A DNA stretch of 64,000 bases from an uncultured archaeon (GTDB taxonomy: Archaea; Asgardarchaeota; Lokiarchaeia; Sigyniarchaeales; SOKP01): positions 79,470 to 143,469 of the forward strand of contig CAZBPC010000002.1 in the NCBI GenBank assembly GCA_964493715.1. The letters run 5' to 3'. The position numbers and the translations under genes are program-made. This document shows positions 22,266-32,910 of this stretch, piece after piece (position 1 is the first letter of the stretch; each line of letters starts with the position of its first letter). Below the pieces are notes generated by a model. It saw nothing but the letters and a program-made list of their open reading frames with translations, was not told the origin of the DNA and searched no databases.

Positions 22266-22694
22266 TTAATTTATTATAACTCTATTAATTAATGACTTCC
22301 CTGCAAGTTGCCAATACTCTACTTGAGCAGTAGACAGCTTTTTTGGATTTGCTTGTAATTCCTTTAATTTTGCGATTGAATCCTCATCTTTGGGCCAAGC
22401 AACATCCACCGATTCATAAGTTTGGAGATTCATTATATTGATTAATTTCTCTTCAATAAAATTAATCTGAGCATTATCTTTTATGATTTCTGGTACTTCA
22501 CACATGTGTCCACTTGGAATCGTAATTGATCTTTTACCATTGTCAAATACTCCCACACAAACAACTCTGACTTTTGCGTGTCCGTGTTTACCTGATTTGC
22601 TTCTTTCTGTGGCCTTGATTATGCAAGGTTCATCATCTACCATTATATATTGACCTGTCTTTAATTTCTGAATCTCAATTCGCTTTATTGACAT
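22266..22694 (-). CDS. eif5a: Translation factor aIF5A
   Basis: Hypusine motif SKSGKHGHAK. Confidence 0.96.
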   Translation of the reverse strand: MSIKRIEIQKLKTGQYIMVDDEPCIIKATERSKSGKHGHAKVRVVCVGVFDNGKRSITIPSGHMCEVPEIIKDNAQINFIEEKLINIMNLQTYESVDVAWPKDEDSIAKLKELQANPKKLSTAQVEYWQLAGKSLINRVIIN

Positions 22695-22918
22695 TTTTGT
22701 TATACCACCTATTCTCCAAATATTTTAAAAAATTGTATTTATTTTTTCTGATATTCAATAATATGTTTATTCTAAAATAAGTTTTTTATATGTTTTTAAA
22801 ATTGTTTATATTTTTAAAGTTTTAAGATGTGTCAATTATCTGAAACATTAAATAAGAATTTAATATTATCACAGATTTAAATATATTAAGTATAAAAAAC
22901 GCGAGTTATGATTCTATA

Positions 22919-24292
22919 ATGGTTCTAGAGCAACTTGGTAGATCCTTGGATAATATTTTACGGAAAATAAGGAGATTACCTCAAATAGATAAAGAAGCAA
23001 TTAATGCACTTATGCAAGAAATACAGCGTAGCTTGTTTCAGGCTGATGTAAAGGCAGAATTAGTCCTTGAAACGACTGAAAACATAAAAAAAGAAGCAAT
23101 GAATACCACACTTAAACGCGCTCAAAGAAAAGATTATATAATCAAACTTATTCACGATCAACTTATTAAAATTCTCGGAGGAAAACCCGCACCAATAAGA
23201 ATAAAGTCGGGGAAACACAATGTGATTTTACTTGTAGGTATTCAAGGTTCAGGTAAAACCACGACTATTGGGAAGTTAGCTCGCTTTTATAAAAGCAAAG
23301 GTTATAAAGTTGCATCAGTCACCACAGACACGTGGAGACCAGGTGCATATGAGCAGCTAGTTCAATTGTCTGATCAGGTTGGAATCAAGTGTTATGGAAA
23401 CCCGACTGAGAAAAATGCTATTAAGATAGCAGTGAAAGAAACTAAAAAAGCAATAAATGATGGACACGATATAATTCTTGTTGATACAGCTGGGCGTCAT
23501 AAGGAAGAAAAAGAATTAATGAAAGAAATGACTCAAATTGAAAGTGCTTTAAAACCCAATGAAGTTATTCTGGTTATTGATGGAACATTGGGGCAGCAAG
23601 CTTATAATCAAGCAGAAGCATTTTCGAAATCTACTAATATTGGAAGTATTATCGTTACCAAATTGGATGGAAGTGCCAAAGGTGGAGGCGCTCTATCTGC
23701 ATGTGCCGCTACGGGTCAATCAATAAGGTTTATAGGAGTTGGAGAAAAAATTGATGAATTGGAAGAATTTCAACCAACTGCATTTGTCGGAACATTATTA
23801 GGAAAACCCGACTTAGAAGGGTTGGTTAAAGCAGTGCAAGACGCAGAAGTAGATATAGATTCCGATATGCAAAAACGGATGATGAGGGGAAAGTTCACAT
23901 TGGAAGATCTCTATTATCAATTAAAAAGCATTAAGAAAGTAGGAAAAATGAAGCAAATTTTAGCAATGATGGGGGGCGGTAATATCCCAGATGTATTAAA
24001 AGAAGATGCCGAGAAAAATCTGGAACGATGGGAGGTTGTACTCAATTCGATGACATCAGAAGAAAAAGAGGACCCAAAATTAATTAAAAAAACTAGAAAA
24101 CGACGGATCGCGATTGGAAGCGGTACAGATTACTCAACTATAAATAAAATGCTTGATCAATACAACCAAATGAAGAAATTTATGAAGCGATTCCTACAAA
24201 TGCAAAAAAAAGGTAAAGGTAAAGGAATGCCAGGCTTAGGAAACATTGATCCTTCCTTTTTAAATAAACTAGGAAAGGATTTTAAATTTTAA
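22919..24292 (+). CDS. srp54: Signal recognition particle protein SRP54
   Basis: GIQGSGKTTT, DTAGRH, TKLDGSAKGGG and a Met-rich M domain. Confidence 0.96.
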   Translation: MVLEQLGRSLDNILRKIRRLPQIDKEAINALMQEIQRSLFQADVKAELVLETTENIKKEAMNTTLKRAQRKDYIIKLIHDQLIKILGGKPAPIRIKSGKHNVILLVGIQGSGKTTTIGKLARFYKSKGYKVASVTTDTWRPGAYEQLVQLSDQVGIKCYGNPTEKNAIKIAVKETKKAINDGHDIILVDTAGRHKEEKELMKEMTQIESALKPNEVILVIDGTLGQQAYNQAEAFSKSTNIGSIIVTKLDGSAKGGGALSACAATGQSIRFIGVGEKIDELEEFQPTAFVGTLLGKPDLEGLVKAVQDAEVDIDSDMQKRMMRGKFTLEDLYYQLKSIKKVGKMKQILAMMGGGNIPDVLKEDAEKNLERWEVVLNSMTSEEKEDPKLIKKTRKRRIAIGSGTDYSTINKMLDQYNQMKKFMKRFLQMQKKGKGKGMPGLGNIDPSFLNKLGKDFKF

Positions 24293-24307
24293 AATGAAAA
24301 TAAGTAA

Positions 24308-24931
24308 ATGATAAATTTGCTATTATTCTTAATTTTAAATAATAGTTATACTAAATATAATAAGAAAGATATTGATATAGGCAATACCCCTCTTGATGTA
24401 TATAAATTATGCTCTGGAATCCGAGAATTTTTTTGTTTATCCTACGCAATAAGGAAGAGTAACATATTATATTTATACTTTCATTCAGATCTCAAAATTA
24501 TTAAATTAGATGGATCTAAACTAAGATTTTTAGGATCAGATGAACGATCTCAAGCATTATTATTATTAAAAGCATTAGAGAAATCGAGCACCTTAATTAA
24601 TGAAAAATGGGAGAGATCGACTCCGGGTATTTATATGATGAAATTATTAAAACCGCTAAATATTGATTGGCTTATTAAGAACTTGAGTTTTGAACGGATT
24701 TTCTTAATCAATCAATCAAAAAATTTTTGTCTCCAAAATGAATTTAATAATAATAATTTCACATCCCAAGATCTTTTTATTATTGTAAACGATTTAGGTG
24801 ATGAATTTGTAAGAGAATTGTTTGATAATATGGATTCCTCAACTAATATAATACAAATAAGCTTTTCAGGAATAAAATCTTTAGAAAACAAAATATTATA
24901 TATTAATTATCTACTAGATCAACTAAAATAA
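24308..24931 (+). CDS. TrmY-like (tRNA pseudouridine-54 N1-methyltransferase) divergent protein
   Basis: FCLSYAIRK, GSKLRFLGSDERS and STPGIY resemble TrmY; adjacent to srp54. Confidence 0.6.
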   Translation: MINLLLFLILNNSYTKYNKKDIDIGNTPLDVYKLCSGIREFFCLSYAIRKSNILYLYFHSDLKIIKLDGSKLRFLGSDERSQALLLLKALEKSSTLINEKWERSTPGIYMMKLLKPLNIDWLIKNLSFERIFLINQSKNFCLQNEFNNNNFTSQDLFIIVNDLGDEFVRELFDNMDSSTNIIQISFSGIKSLENKILYINYLLDQLK

Positions 24932-24951
24932 TAAGTAAAATAGCGTTTCTA

Positions 24952-26361
24952 ATGATTTTAAAGAATGCGAAAATATTTATTGAAAATAAATTAATAGACG
25001 GAGCGCTATTTATCCAATCAGGCAAAATTCAATCAATAATTAAATTCCCCAATGAAGAAAAAATTGAAAAGATTAGATCGAATAATAGAAAAATAGTTGA
25101 GATTGATTGTGAAAAGAGAATTATTTTACCCGGTATAATCGATATTCATGCTCATTTACGTGATATGGGGCAAGAAGAAAAAGAAACTTTTCAAACTGGG
25201 ACTAAAGCAGCGTTATTTTCGGGAATAACAACCGTATTGAATATGCCAAACACTAAACCTCCTGCTATATCAGAAGACCAAGTTAAAAAATGGATGGAGC
25301 GAGCGCGAGATAATATCTATACTAATGTAGGATTCATTTCAGGCGTTCCTAAAAACATTAGTGAGGAGGAAATAAAAAAAATATTAGATTTAGGAGTATT
25401 TGGATTTAAAATCTATCCTTTATCACCAATAAGTGATATTGATTGGAACGATCCAGATAATTTATTAAATATCCTTAGAATTTCAGCTAAATATAGTATT
25501 CCAATTTTCATCCATGCAGATTATCCTTTACTCGAAGAAGAAAAAGATAAAATAAAGCAAAAAATAAAAAATAACAATGTCAAATTTCTAAAAATTCATA
25601 ATGATCTTTATCCTGAGGAAAATGAGGCTAAATTTATAAAATACGTTCTAACTAATTATGATAAAGTCATTAATGATAATAAATCACAAATTAGGAATCT
25701 TCCAGTAATACATTTTTGTCATGTTAGCTGTAAACAGAGTTATGAATTATTATCTAACTTATCTAAAGATTACGATATTTCTTTTGAAGTGACACCTCAC
25801 CATTTATTACTTTCTCAAGAAATTTTATTAGAAAACGAGAGTTTTGGTAAAGTACTTCCTCCACTGAGGAAAAAAAGTGAAGCAGAATTCCTTTTCAGTA
25901 AATTAAAAAAAGGAGAGATTAAATTTATTGGAACTGATCATGCTCCCCATACAATGAATGAGAAATCTCAGCATTTTTTTGAAGCGCCATCAGGTTTTCC
26001 CGGTTTTGAAACATATGCTCTCAAAATACTTGAAAAAGTTTTTGAAAATATTTTACCTCTTGAGTATTTCGTAAAAGCAGCATCTGAAAATCCCGCTAAG
26101 AGGTTTAACATTATTAGGAAGGGATTTATCAAAAAAGGTTATGATGCTGATTTACTAATTATCGAAAAAATTACTCCTACTCATTTAAACTCCAAACTAT
26201 TTATATCTAAAGCTAAGTTTACTCCATTCGAAAACTTAAACAGTTCAGACAGAAGCTCTAATGTTTTAATATGGAAAATCTTTTTAGAAGGTTCTGAAAT
26301 TTCGTTGAATGAAACTTTTCCAAAAGGTAAAATGATATATAGAAGTACAATAAAAATATAA
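24952..26361 (+). CDS. pyrC: Dihydroorotase-family amidohydrolase
   Basis: PGIIDIHAHLR, MPNTKP, EVTPHHL, PPLR and TDHAPH. Confidence 0.85.
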   Translation: MILKNAKIFIENKLIDGALFIQSGKIQSIIKFPNEEKIEKIRSNNRKIVEIDCEKRIILPGIIDIHAHLRDMGQEEKETFQTGTKAALFSGITTVLNMPNTKPPAISEDQVKKWMERARDNIYTNVGFISGVPKNISEEEIKKILDLGVFGFKIYPLSPISDIDWNDPDNLLNILRISAKYSIPIFIHADYPLLEEEKDKIKQKIKNNNVKFLKIHNDLYPEENEAKFIKYVLTNYDKVINDNKSQIRNLPVIHFCHVSCKQSYELLSNLSKDYDISFEVTPHHLLLSQEILLENESFGKVLPPLRKKSEAEFLFSKLKKGEIKFIGTDHAPHTMNEKSQHFFEAPSGFPGFETYALKILEKVFENILPLEYFVKAASENPAKRFNIIRKGFIKKGYDADLLIIEKITPTHLNSKLFISKAKFTPFENLNSSDRSSNVLIWKIFLEGSEISLNETFPKGKMIYRSTIKI

Positions 26362-26411
26362 GATTTGAAATTCTAAATTAATTAAAAAAACAATAACTAT
26401 CTTGAATTAAA

Positions 26412-27044
26412 ATGTTTAAAGACAAAGAATTTGGATTAGACGATGGAAAAACCCTTATTAAATTTGCTCGAGAAAATATTGAGCATTATTTGAAAACATC
26501 ACAAAGAATGGAAGTACCATCAAACATCAAAAATAAATATTATGATAAATATGGTGTTTTTGTAACCTTAAATGAATACAATGCTGAGGGAAACCCCTTA
26601 AGAGGGTGTATAGGTTATATCGAGCCCGTATACCCACTATATGAAGTCATTCATAGGGTATCGATTAGTTCCGCAGTAGAGGATTATCGATTTAATTCAG
26701 TTACTTTTAAAGATATGGATAATATAATCATCGAAATTTCTATTTTAACACCTCCAAAATTAATTGAAGTTATGGACCCAAAAGAATATTTTGATAAAAT
26801 AGTAATTGGAAGGGATGGGCTAATAGCTGAAAAAGGAATGAAGCGTGGTCTACTTCTACCTCAAGTTCCTATAGATCATGGGAGGAATTGGGATGTAGAG
26901 ACATTCCTTAAACATACTTGTAATAAAACTGGGCTTTCTGAGAATGCTTGGAAAGATAAGCAAACAAAAATTTTTTCATTTCAAGCAATACTTTTTGAAG
27001 AGCTTAAACCAAGAGGAGAAGTTGTGAGAAAATATTTAATTTAA
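26412..27044 (+). CDS. AMMECR1-domain protein
   Basis: GVFVTL, LRGCIG, EISILT and GLLLPQV. Confidence 0.92.
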   Translation: MFKDKEFGLDDGKTLIKFARENIEHYLKTSQRMEVPSNIKNKYYDKYGVFVTLNEYNAEGNPLRGCIGYIEPVYPLYEVIHRVSISSAVEDYRFNSVTFKDMDNIIIEISILTPPKLIEVMDPKEYFDKIVIGRDGLIAEKGMKRGLLLPQVPIDHGRNWDVETFLKHTCNKTGLSENAWKDKQTKIFSFQAILFEELKPRGEVVRKYLI

Positions 27045-28772
27045 TCACCCCATACCATTAGCCTCTCGCATGATTTCGAACATTTCTTTTTCATCTTTTT
27101 CTGCTTCTTCTGGGAGAGCATAAATCGTACCTAATAAAGAGGCTCGATATTGAATTTTTGCTGCAAATTCCACTAGTTGTAACACTGTATATGCATGTTT
27201 TATGTCCGTTCCAATACATATATTACCATGATTAGGTAAAAATACAGCATAATTATTTCCTAATGCTACTAAAGCCTTTTGAGAGAGTTCTTCAGTCCCT
27301 GCCATTCCATACTGTGCTACTTCGCAACCTCCAATGAATGGTATAATTTCATCAACAATAGGACCTAATGGCATCCGCGCGATTGAAAGTATAGTAGAAT
27401 ATGGCGCATGAGAATGTATAACAGCATTCACATCTCTTCTTGATTGTAATATCTTCACGTGAAGATGCTTTTCTGAAGTAGGATTTCGAATTCCCGCAAT
27501 TACATTAAGATTTTTATCAATTAATACCATATCATCTACTGTCATATCTTCATAGGGAACTGTACTTGGAGTTAAAAGAAATCCATCTTCTCCGTTTGGT
27601 AATTTAATTCGCATTGATATATTACCCGCTGTACCTACAATAAAACCTTTCTCGACCATAGTTTTACAAACGTTAAGGATTTCATTACTTTCTGTTTTAT
27701 AACCGGATAAGGTTAATGGGATCTCTTTTCCTTTCTCTGGGAGGTTGTATCTATCAGCAGAATATCCCGGTAGCACTTCTGGATTTAGAATGTTAGAAGG
27801 GATTTCATTATTCATTAATTTTTCTATATCCTTAACAATCATCATACTATGGTTCTGATTTGTCTCAAAGGTGTTACCTCCTATATGGGGAGTTACAATT
27901 ACGTTTTCTAATTGGAGGAATTCATTATATTGATCTACAGGTTCTACATTGAATACATCTATAGCAGCACCCGCAATTTTTTTTGCTTTAAGAGCTTGAT
28001 AAAGAGCATCCTCATCCGTTATAGATGCACGTCCAAGATTTATAAAAAATGCACTTGATTTCATTAAATCTATTTGTTCTTGCCCTACAAGTCCATCAGT
28101 TTCATCCGTGGGGGAACAATGAATTGAAATAATATCAGATTTTGCCATTAAAGTATTTAAATCAACCAGTTCTCCATTGATATATCTCAACCTTGATTCT
28201 TGAACATAGGGATCATAGATTAAAAATTCAACTTCAAAACATTTCAAGCGTTTTGCTACTTCAAATCCAACGTTTCCTAATCCAATAATGCCAATAATTT
28301 TACCCTTTAACTCATTTCCTTTAAATTGGTTGTAATAATCAACATAATCAGTAAAGTCATCAACTTTAAATTGATTAGAATGTAGTATCTGTGATATTTT
28401 ATGCACTCTTCGCATTAAAGCAAGCATAAGAGTAATAGTCATCTCAGCAACAGCATTTTTATTCCTACCAGGTGTAAAAAGTACAGGAATCCCCTTTTCT
28501 GTAGCAGTAAATAGGTCTATATTATTTGGATCATCACGAGTAGAGCCAATAATTTTAAGATCAACATTTTCTATAACATCCTTCTTAACATTATCACCCT
28601 CACATATTAAGATTTCTGCATTATTCTCCTTTAACTTACTTACTAATTCTTTAGCATCGAAATACATGTTCCTTGTATCACGCCAGCTTTCATAAAAAAC
28701 CTCATCTTGTAATAAATCTTTCAGTTTTTGTATTGATTCTGGAGTCATTTGAGCTGTAATAAATGCCTTCAT
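27045..28772 (-). CDS. D-2-hydroxyacid dehydrogenase fused to a class II aldolase
   Basis: N-terminal GIIGLGNVG, INLGRA, DVFNVEP and TPHIGG; C-terminal GNISMR, PTSEKHLH, HSHAPY and NHG. Confidence 0.88.
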   Translation of the reverse strand: MKAFITAQMTPESIQKLKDLLQDEVFYESWRDTRNMYFDAKELVSKLKENNAEILICEGDNVKKDVIENVDLKIIGSTRDDPNNIDLFTATEKGIPVLFTPGRNKNAVAEMTITLMLALMRRVHKISQILHSNQFKVDDFTDYVDYYNQFKGNELKGKIIGIIGLGNVGFEVAKRLKCFEVEFLIYDPYVQESRLRYINGELVDLNTLMAKSDIISIHCSPTDETDGLVGQEQIDLMKSSAFFINLGRASITDEDALYQALKAKKIAGAAIDVFNVEPVDQYNEFLQLENVIVTPHIGGNTFETNQNHSMMIVKDIEKLMNNEIPSNILNPEVLPGYSADRYNLPEKGKEIPLTLSGYKTESNEILNVCKTMVEKGFIVGTAGNISMRIKLPNGEDGFLLTPSTVPYEDMTVDDMVLIDKNLNVIAGIRNPTSEKHLHVKILQSRRDVNAVIHSHAPYSTILSIARMPLGPIVDEIIPFIGGCEVAQYGMAGTEELSQKALVALGNNYAVFLPNHGNICIGTDIKHAYTVLQLVEFAAKIQYRASLLGTIYALPEEAEKDEKEMFEIMREANGMG

Positions 28773-28797
28773 TTACATTACCATTAACATATTCTAT

Positions 28798-29613
28798 TTA
28801 GAACATTAACTTACGTAATTTTAAAAGATTTTTCATCTTCCCTTTAACTTCAAGTCCTCCACTACTATAGGCTTTGATAGGATTAATTTGTTTTGCCATT
28901 ATTTTAATGTATAGGCCTGAATCTAAAATTACTTGCACAGCAGCATCCTCTTCAAAACCTTCCTCTAAAATAATTCCTTGATCTTTATTGATCTTAAACA
29001 AGTATGATCTTTCAAGGTCTGGAAATGTCATCATTAGCGTATTTTGCCAATCACTAAACACTTTGGATACATTTGGGTTATTATATCGATCTACGATCTT
29101 TTGTAATGCTTCTTCGAGTGAAATATCAAGAACTGTATTTTGTGGGTTTTCCACTTTTTTAACTACTGGAACTGTTTCTTTAGAAACAATTTGTGGAGTT
29201 GATATTTGTTGTTTTGGACTTGGAAAACTACTCTTCATGGATTCAGTTTCAATCACAGGTATGCTAGGTCTAATAACTCGTAAACCTCCACCAATACCAG
29301 ATAATTGATCTTTATTTTTCTCCAAACTTAAATCCCTCCCCTCAAGAAAAAGATCGATAATGTTTTTAATTTTAATCATTATTAATAAGGATTCAAAAGC
29401 TCCTAAAGATATCAAAATAAATCCAAATATAATCATTAGCATCACAAGATTTTGAAATAATTCATTTGTAATAATCACAGTATATTGCTCAAAACTAATA
29501 AAAAACCCAATCAAAATTAGAAATATCCCAACTAAGAATAATGATAATAGAGCGGTTATTAAATAAGCATTTAGCGCTTGAATGATACCTTTTTGTTTAT
29601 TTGAAGAAATCAT
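28798..29613 (-). CDS. Two-helix membrane protein with C-terminal SCP2 (sterol carrier) domain
   Basis: Two TM helices, P/S/T-rich linker, and INPIKAYSSGGLEVKGKMKNLLKL typical of SCP2. Confidence 0.75.
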   Translation of the reverse strand: MISSNKQKGIIQALNAYLITALLSLFLVGIFLILIGFFISFEQYTVIITNELFQNLVMLMIIFGFILISLGAFESLLIMIKIKNIIDLFLEGRDLSLEKNKDQLSGIGGGLRVIRPSIPVIETESMKSSFPSPKQQISTPQIVSKETVPVVKKVENPQNTVLDISLEEALQKIVDRYNNPNVSKVFSDWQNTLMMTFPDLERSYLFKINKDQGIILEEGFEEDAAVQVILDSGLYIKIMAKQINPIKAYSSGGLEVKGKMKNLLKLRKLMF

Positions 29614-29687
29614 CGATTTGTATATAGTTGTTTATTATTTAATTTATTTATGAACATAAACATTTAAGCTAATAAATTTGTATTTAA

Positions 29688-31268
29688 TCATCCCAAACGG
29701 TATTTGTAATATTGTTGATAAATATTTAACCAACTATTATATCTACTAACTAATTTCTGTATCATCAATTTTCGTGGTTCAAATTTATTTATGAGTTTTA
29801 GTTCATAATTTCGAGATTTGAGATCATCCAATGATCTTATTCTATTTGCAGCAACATCACACAACACAAGCATTCCTTGGATAGAGCATTCATAATTAGT
29901 AGATGAGATAATAGGAGATTGGAGAAGGTCTGAAAATCGTTGTAAAAGGGTCAAATTTCGAGTAATCCCTCCCATAAATGCATAAAACGGATTCTGAATT
30001 TTTGCTAGTTTAATGAGATATTCAATATTTCGCATTATGGCAAACTGTATATTATCGAAAACTGCAGCAATAAATGCATTCTTTTTATGAAAAACCTCTT
30101 CCACACCTCCAGGACTTTCAAAATGAAAAAATCCAGGTGGAAGGCCCATTTGAGTGCTTGCAAATGGTGAAGGACCAAGTAAAGAATATACTGACGATTC
30201 TCTTATTTGGTCTGAAGTTGCTTGTAATTCGAATTGGTCATAATGTTCAAATGCTTCATCTAATTTTTGAAATTTTTGTTTTGAGGTCGAACTCTCTTCT
30301 CCATAAAATAAATTTGCCGCCCATTTCAATAACTGTCCTGTTATTCCAGTACTAGCCTCTAAATAATAATGATCGAATAAGTCCTTACAAGCAAATATTC
30401 CACTCCATGTTTTTTCCTCGGGATCAAAATAAGGGTTTTTTGTTACTGCTTGCACTGGTGAAGTAGTGCCTAAAACAGCCCCAATTGAGCCTATTTCCAT
30501 GCATTGGCAACCTAACAATGCTGCTTGAGTATCTGAAATTCCTGCAACCAATTGAACTTCAGAATTAAGGTCAAGTTCTTTTTGATACTGCTCAGAGACC
30601 GTACCAATTATTTCACCTGGTAAAACTGGCCATGGAAAAAAATATTCTGGTAAATCAAGAAGATCCTCCCAAGCAGGATGCCATAATTTTGTTTCTATAT
30701 CAAAGAATCCAGATTCTCCTGCGCTGGTTATATTGGCATGAATCTCGCCCCCAAATTTTACCAAAATCCAACTATCCATAGGAAGGTATTGTGAAATCTT
30801 ATGGTACCTCTCCTCTTCTTTTTTCTCTTCTTTAAAATATTTATATCGAGCTGGTAAAAATAATAAAGAGGGAAAATGTCCAGAACTCTCATAAAATGAT
30901 TTTCCCGTTCTTTCTAAGAATTCTTTGTCAATTTCTTCGGCATAATCGATTCCCCTAAGTTCAAAACTTGCTCCAATATAAACAGCATTATTGTTTTCAT
31001 CAGTAAATACGCAACTTGGACGCATTGAGGTGGCAGTAATATATTTTAAGTCTTTTGGATTAATTTTTGCAGCATTTATAGTAACTTTTGTAAGCTCAAT
31101 CAAATTATTCCAATAATTCTTGTAATTCCATTCACGGTGGAAGCCATCCTTACTTTGAACAATTTTGCTTCTCCAAGATTTTAAAGCGATAATGTTCCCT
31201 GAATCATCTGCTATTGCACACTTCAATAGAGTACTGCCAGAATCATAAACCATCCGATATTCTGTCAT
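29688..31268 (-). CDS. FGGY-family carbohydrate kinase (LsrK-like, divergent)
   Basis: YDSGST, ATSMR, GISDTQAA, VLGTT and MGG. Confidence 0.8.
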   Translation of the reverse strand: MTEYRMVYDSGSTLLKCAIADDSGNIIALKSWRSKIVQSKDGFHREWNYKNYWNNLIELTKVTINAAKINPKDLKYITATSMRPSCVFTDENNNAVYIGASFELRGIDYAEEIDKEFLERTGKSFYESSGHFPSLLFLPARYKYFKEEKKEEERYHKISQYLPMDSWILVKFGGEIHANITSAGESGFFDIETKLWHPAWEDLLDLPEYFFPWPVLPGEIIGTVSEQYQKELDLNSEVQLVAGISDTQAALLGCQCMEIGSIGAVLGTTSPVQAVTKNPYFDPEEKTWSGIFACKDLFDHYYLEASTGITGQLLKWAANLFYGEESSTSKQKFQKLDEAFEHYDQFELQATSDQIRESSVYSLLGPSPFASTQMGLPPGFFHFESPGGVEEVFHKKNAFIAAVFDNIQFAIMRNIEYLIKLAKIQNPFYAFMGGITRNLTLLQRFSDLLQSPIISSTNYECSIQGMLVLCDVAANRIRSLDDLKSRNYELKLINKFEPRKLMIQKLVSRYNSWLNIYQQYYKYRLG

Positions 31269-31359
31269 CGTTTTACCACTATTAAAAAATTAAAATATTT
31301 TATTCTATATTAAGAATATTTCCTATATCTAATTCTAACAAATAAACATAGATTAATAT

Positions 31360-31713
31360 TTACTGATAAAGTACACAAACCATTATTGTAAAACCCCAGG
31401 GTGAATTTTCCTTTTCATAAATCAAGCTTTTGACTTCTTCATGCGGGGCTATTCCGGTATTATCTGAAAATAATTTCCAAGCAAGTTTTCCTATTATTTC
31501 TTCTTCCTGCAAGATTTCAAGAAAATTCTGCTTAATTCCCCCCCAATATATCCGCTTTACGTCCATAATTTCCTTTAATTCAGATAATTCCATTAATCCT
31601 GCAAAAATGAGATTTTCTGTAACATTAGAGAAATGTGTAATAAAATTAGCTGAAACATCTTGAGGGGATCCCTCATTTCGATCATATAAAAATACTAATC
31701 CAATCGCTTTCAT
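31360..31713 (-). CDS. Hypothetical protein
   Basis: 117-aa ATG ORF with plausible composition. Confidence 0.6.
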   Translation of the reverse strand: MKAIGLVFLYDRNEGSPQDVSANFITHFSNVTENLIFAGLMELSELKEIMDVKRIYWGGIKQNFLEILQEEEIIGKLAWKLFSDNTGIAPHEEVKSLIYEKENSPWGFTIMVCVLYQ

Positions 31714-31940
31714 GATGTTATAGAAATGAATTATGTTAATTATATTCAGTAATTTAGAGTAATTATAACTTGAGGTTATTATTTAAAACTTCTTATCCAA
31801 AAAGTAAACCATAAAGTAAAAATCAGAAAATATTTGTTTATACAATTATATTTTATTATCAAAGCAAATAAGGTATTATTAATATTTATGAAATGAATTA
31901 ATAACCTTACTTACCTGAAATTAATAATTAAGTTGATTAC

Positions 31941-32396
31941 ATGTCAGAAATAATGGATAAATTTATTGGAAAACTTTATGATAAAGCTGAAATTGAAAAT
32001 TGGAATTTACCAGAAAAGACTAAGGAACAAATTGGTCTAAAAGAAAATAAGTACTTTTTTTTAACCTCTTCACGAGAGGAAAAACACGGAATGAGGCATG
32101 TACATTTCTCCATATATCCAACAAAGTATGAAAAGGTTTATTTTATTTTTGTTAAATTGCCAGAAATTAAGCCTCAAATATTGAGCAATGTATTAAATTA
32201 TTTAAAAAAGTCTAATTTTGATATATTCAACTCAACGGGTTTTTGCTCTCAGGAAAATACCTGCTTTTTCGGTATATACTTCTCCTTTTATGAAGATCTT
32301 AATAAAGGCAAAATAATTGGAGATGTGGGTGAATTTAAAAACATCCAAGAAGTTAAATTATTTAAATATACTTGTATAGGATGTAATGAAGAATAA
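31941..32396 (+). CDS. Hypothetical protein (possible C-terminal ACT-like fold)
   Basis: 151-aa ORF. Confidence 0.55.
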   Translation: MSEIMDKFIGKLYDKAEIENWNLPEKTKEQIGLKENKYFFLTSSREEKHGMRHVHFSIYPTKYEKVYFIFVKLPEIKPQILSNVLNYLKKSNFDIFNSTGFCSQENTCFFGIYFSFYEDLNKGKIIGDVGEFKNIQEVKLFKYTCIGCNEE

Positions 32397-32822
32397 TTAC
32401 CAAAACGCTTTTTGGAATTTTTGAATCGTTTCTTCCAAACTGTCCTCGATTTCTTTTTCAAAATCATGGAAAATTGCTACATCTCCTTCCCACGTTTCCA
32501 AGATTTCTATTGGATATAAATCGAAAAAATGGTCAACTATTGATTGCAATTCTTCAATTACTTTTTTCATTTTGATTTTATTAGAAGAACTTGCCACGAA
32601 TAGTATGTCATATTTCCTTATTAGAGTATATCTTTTGTCTTGTAATTCAAAATTAGAAAGCCCCTCATTTGTTAATTCTTCTGCGAAGGAATTTAAAGCA
32701 CTCATAAGTCCCCCAAATAGCTGATCATCAAATTTTTCATTAAAAATACGATGATATAGCACGATACCTCCTTCCGAAATTATATAGAGATCTTGCAAGA
32801 CCTTAACCAAGATATTCACCAA
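32397..32822 (-). CDS. Longin/roadblock-like small domain protein
   Basis: LYIISEGGIVLYHR and LFGGLMSALNSFAEE pattern. Likely start is the TTG 5 nt after GGTGA. Confidence 0.6.
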   Translation of the reverse strand: MVNILVKVLQDLYIISEGGIVLYHRIFNEKFDDQLFGGLMSALNSFAEELTNEGLSNFELQDKRYTLIRKYDILFVASSSNKIKMKKVIEELQSIVDHFFDLYPIEILETWEGDVAIFHDFEKEIEDSLEETIQKFQKAFW

Positions 32823-32910
32823 AAAAATTGATGTATGAATATTATATTTTGAAAACGTCTTAAATTTATAGTTACAAAATTAAAATTAAAAAAAAATTTT
32901 TCGCTAGTAT

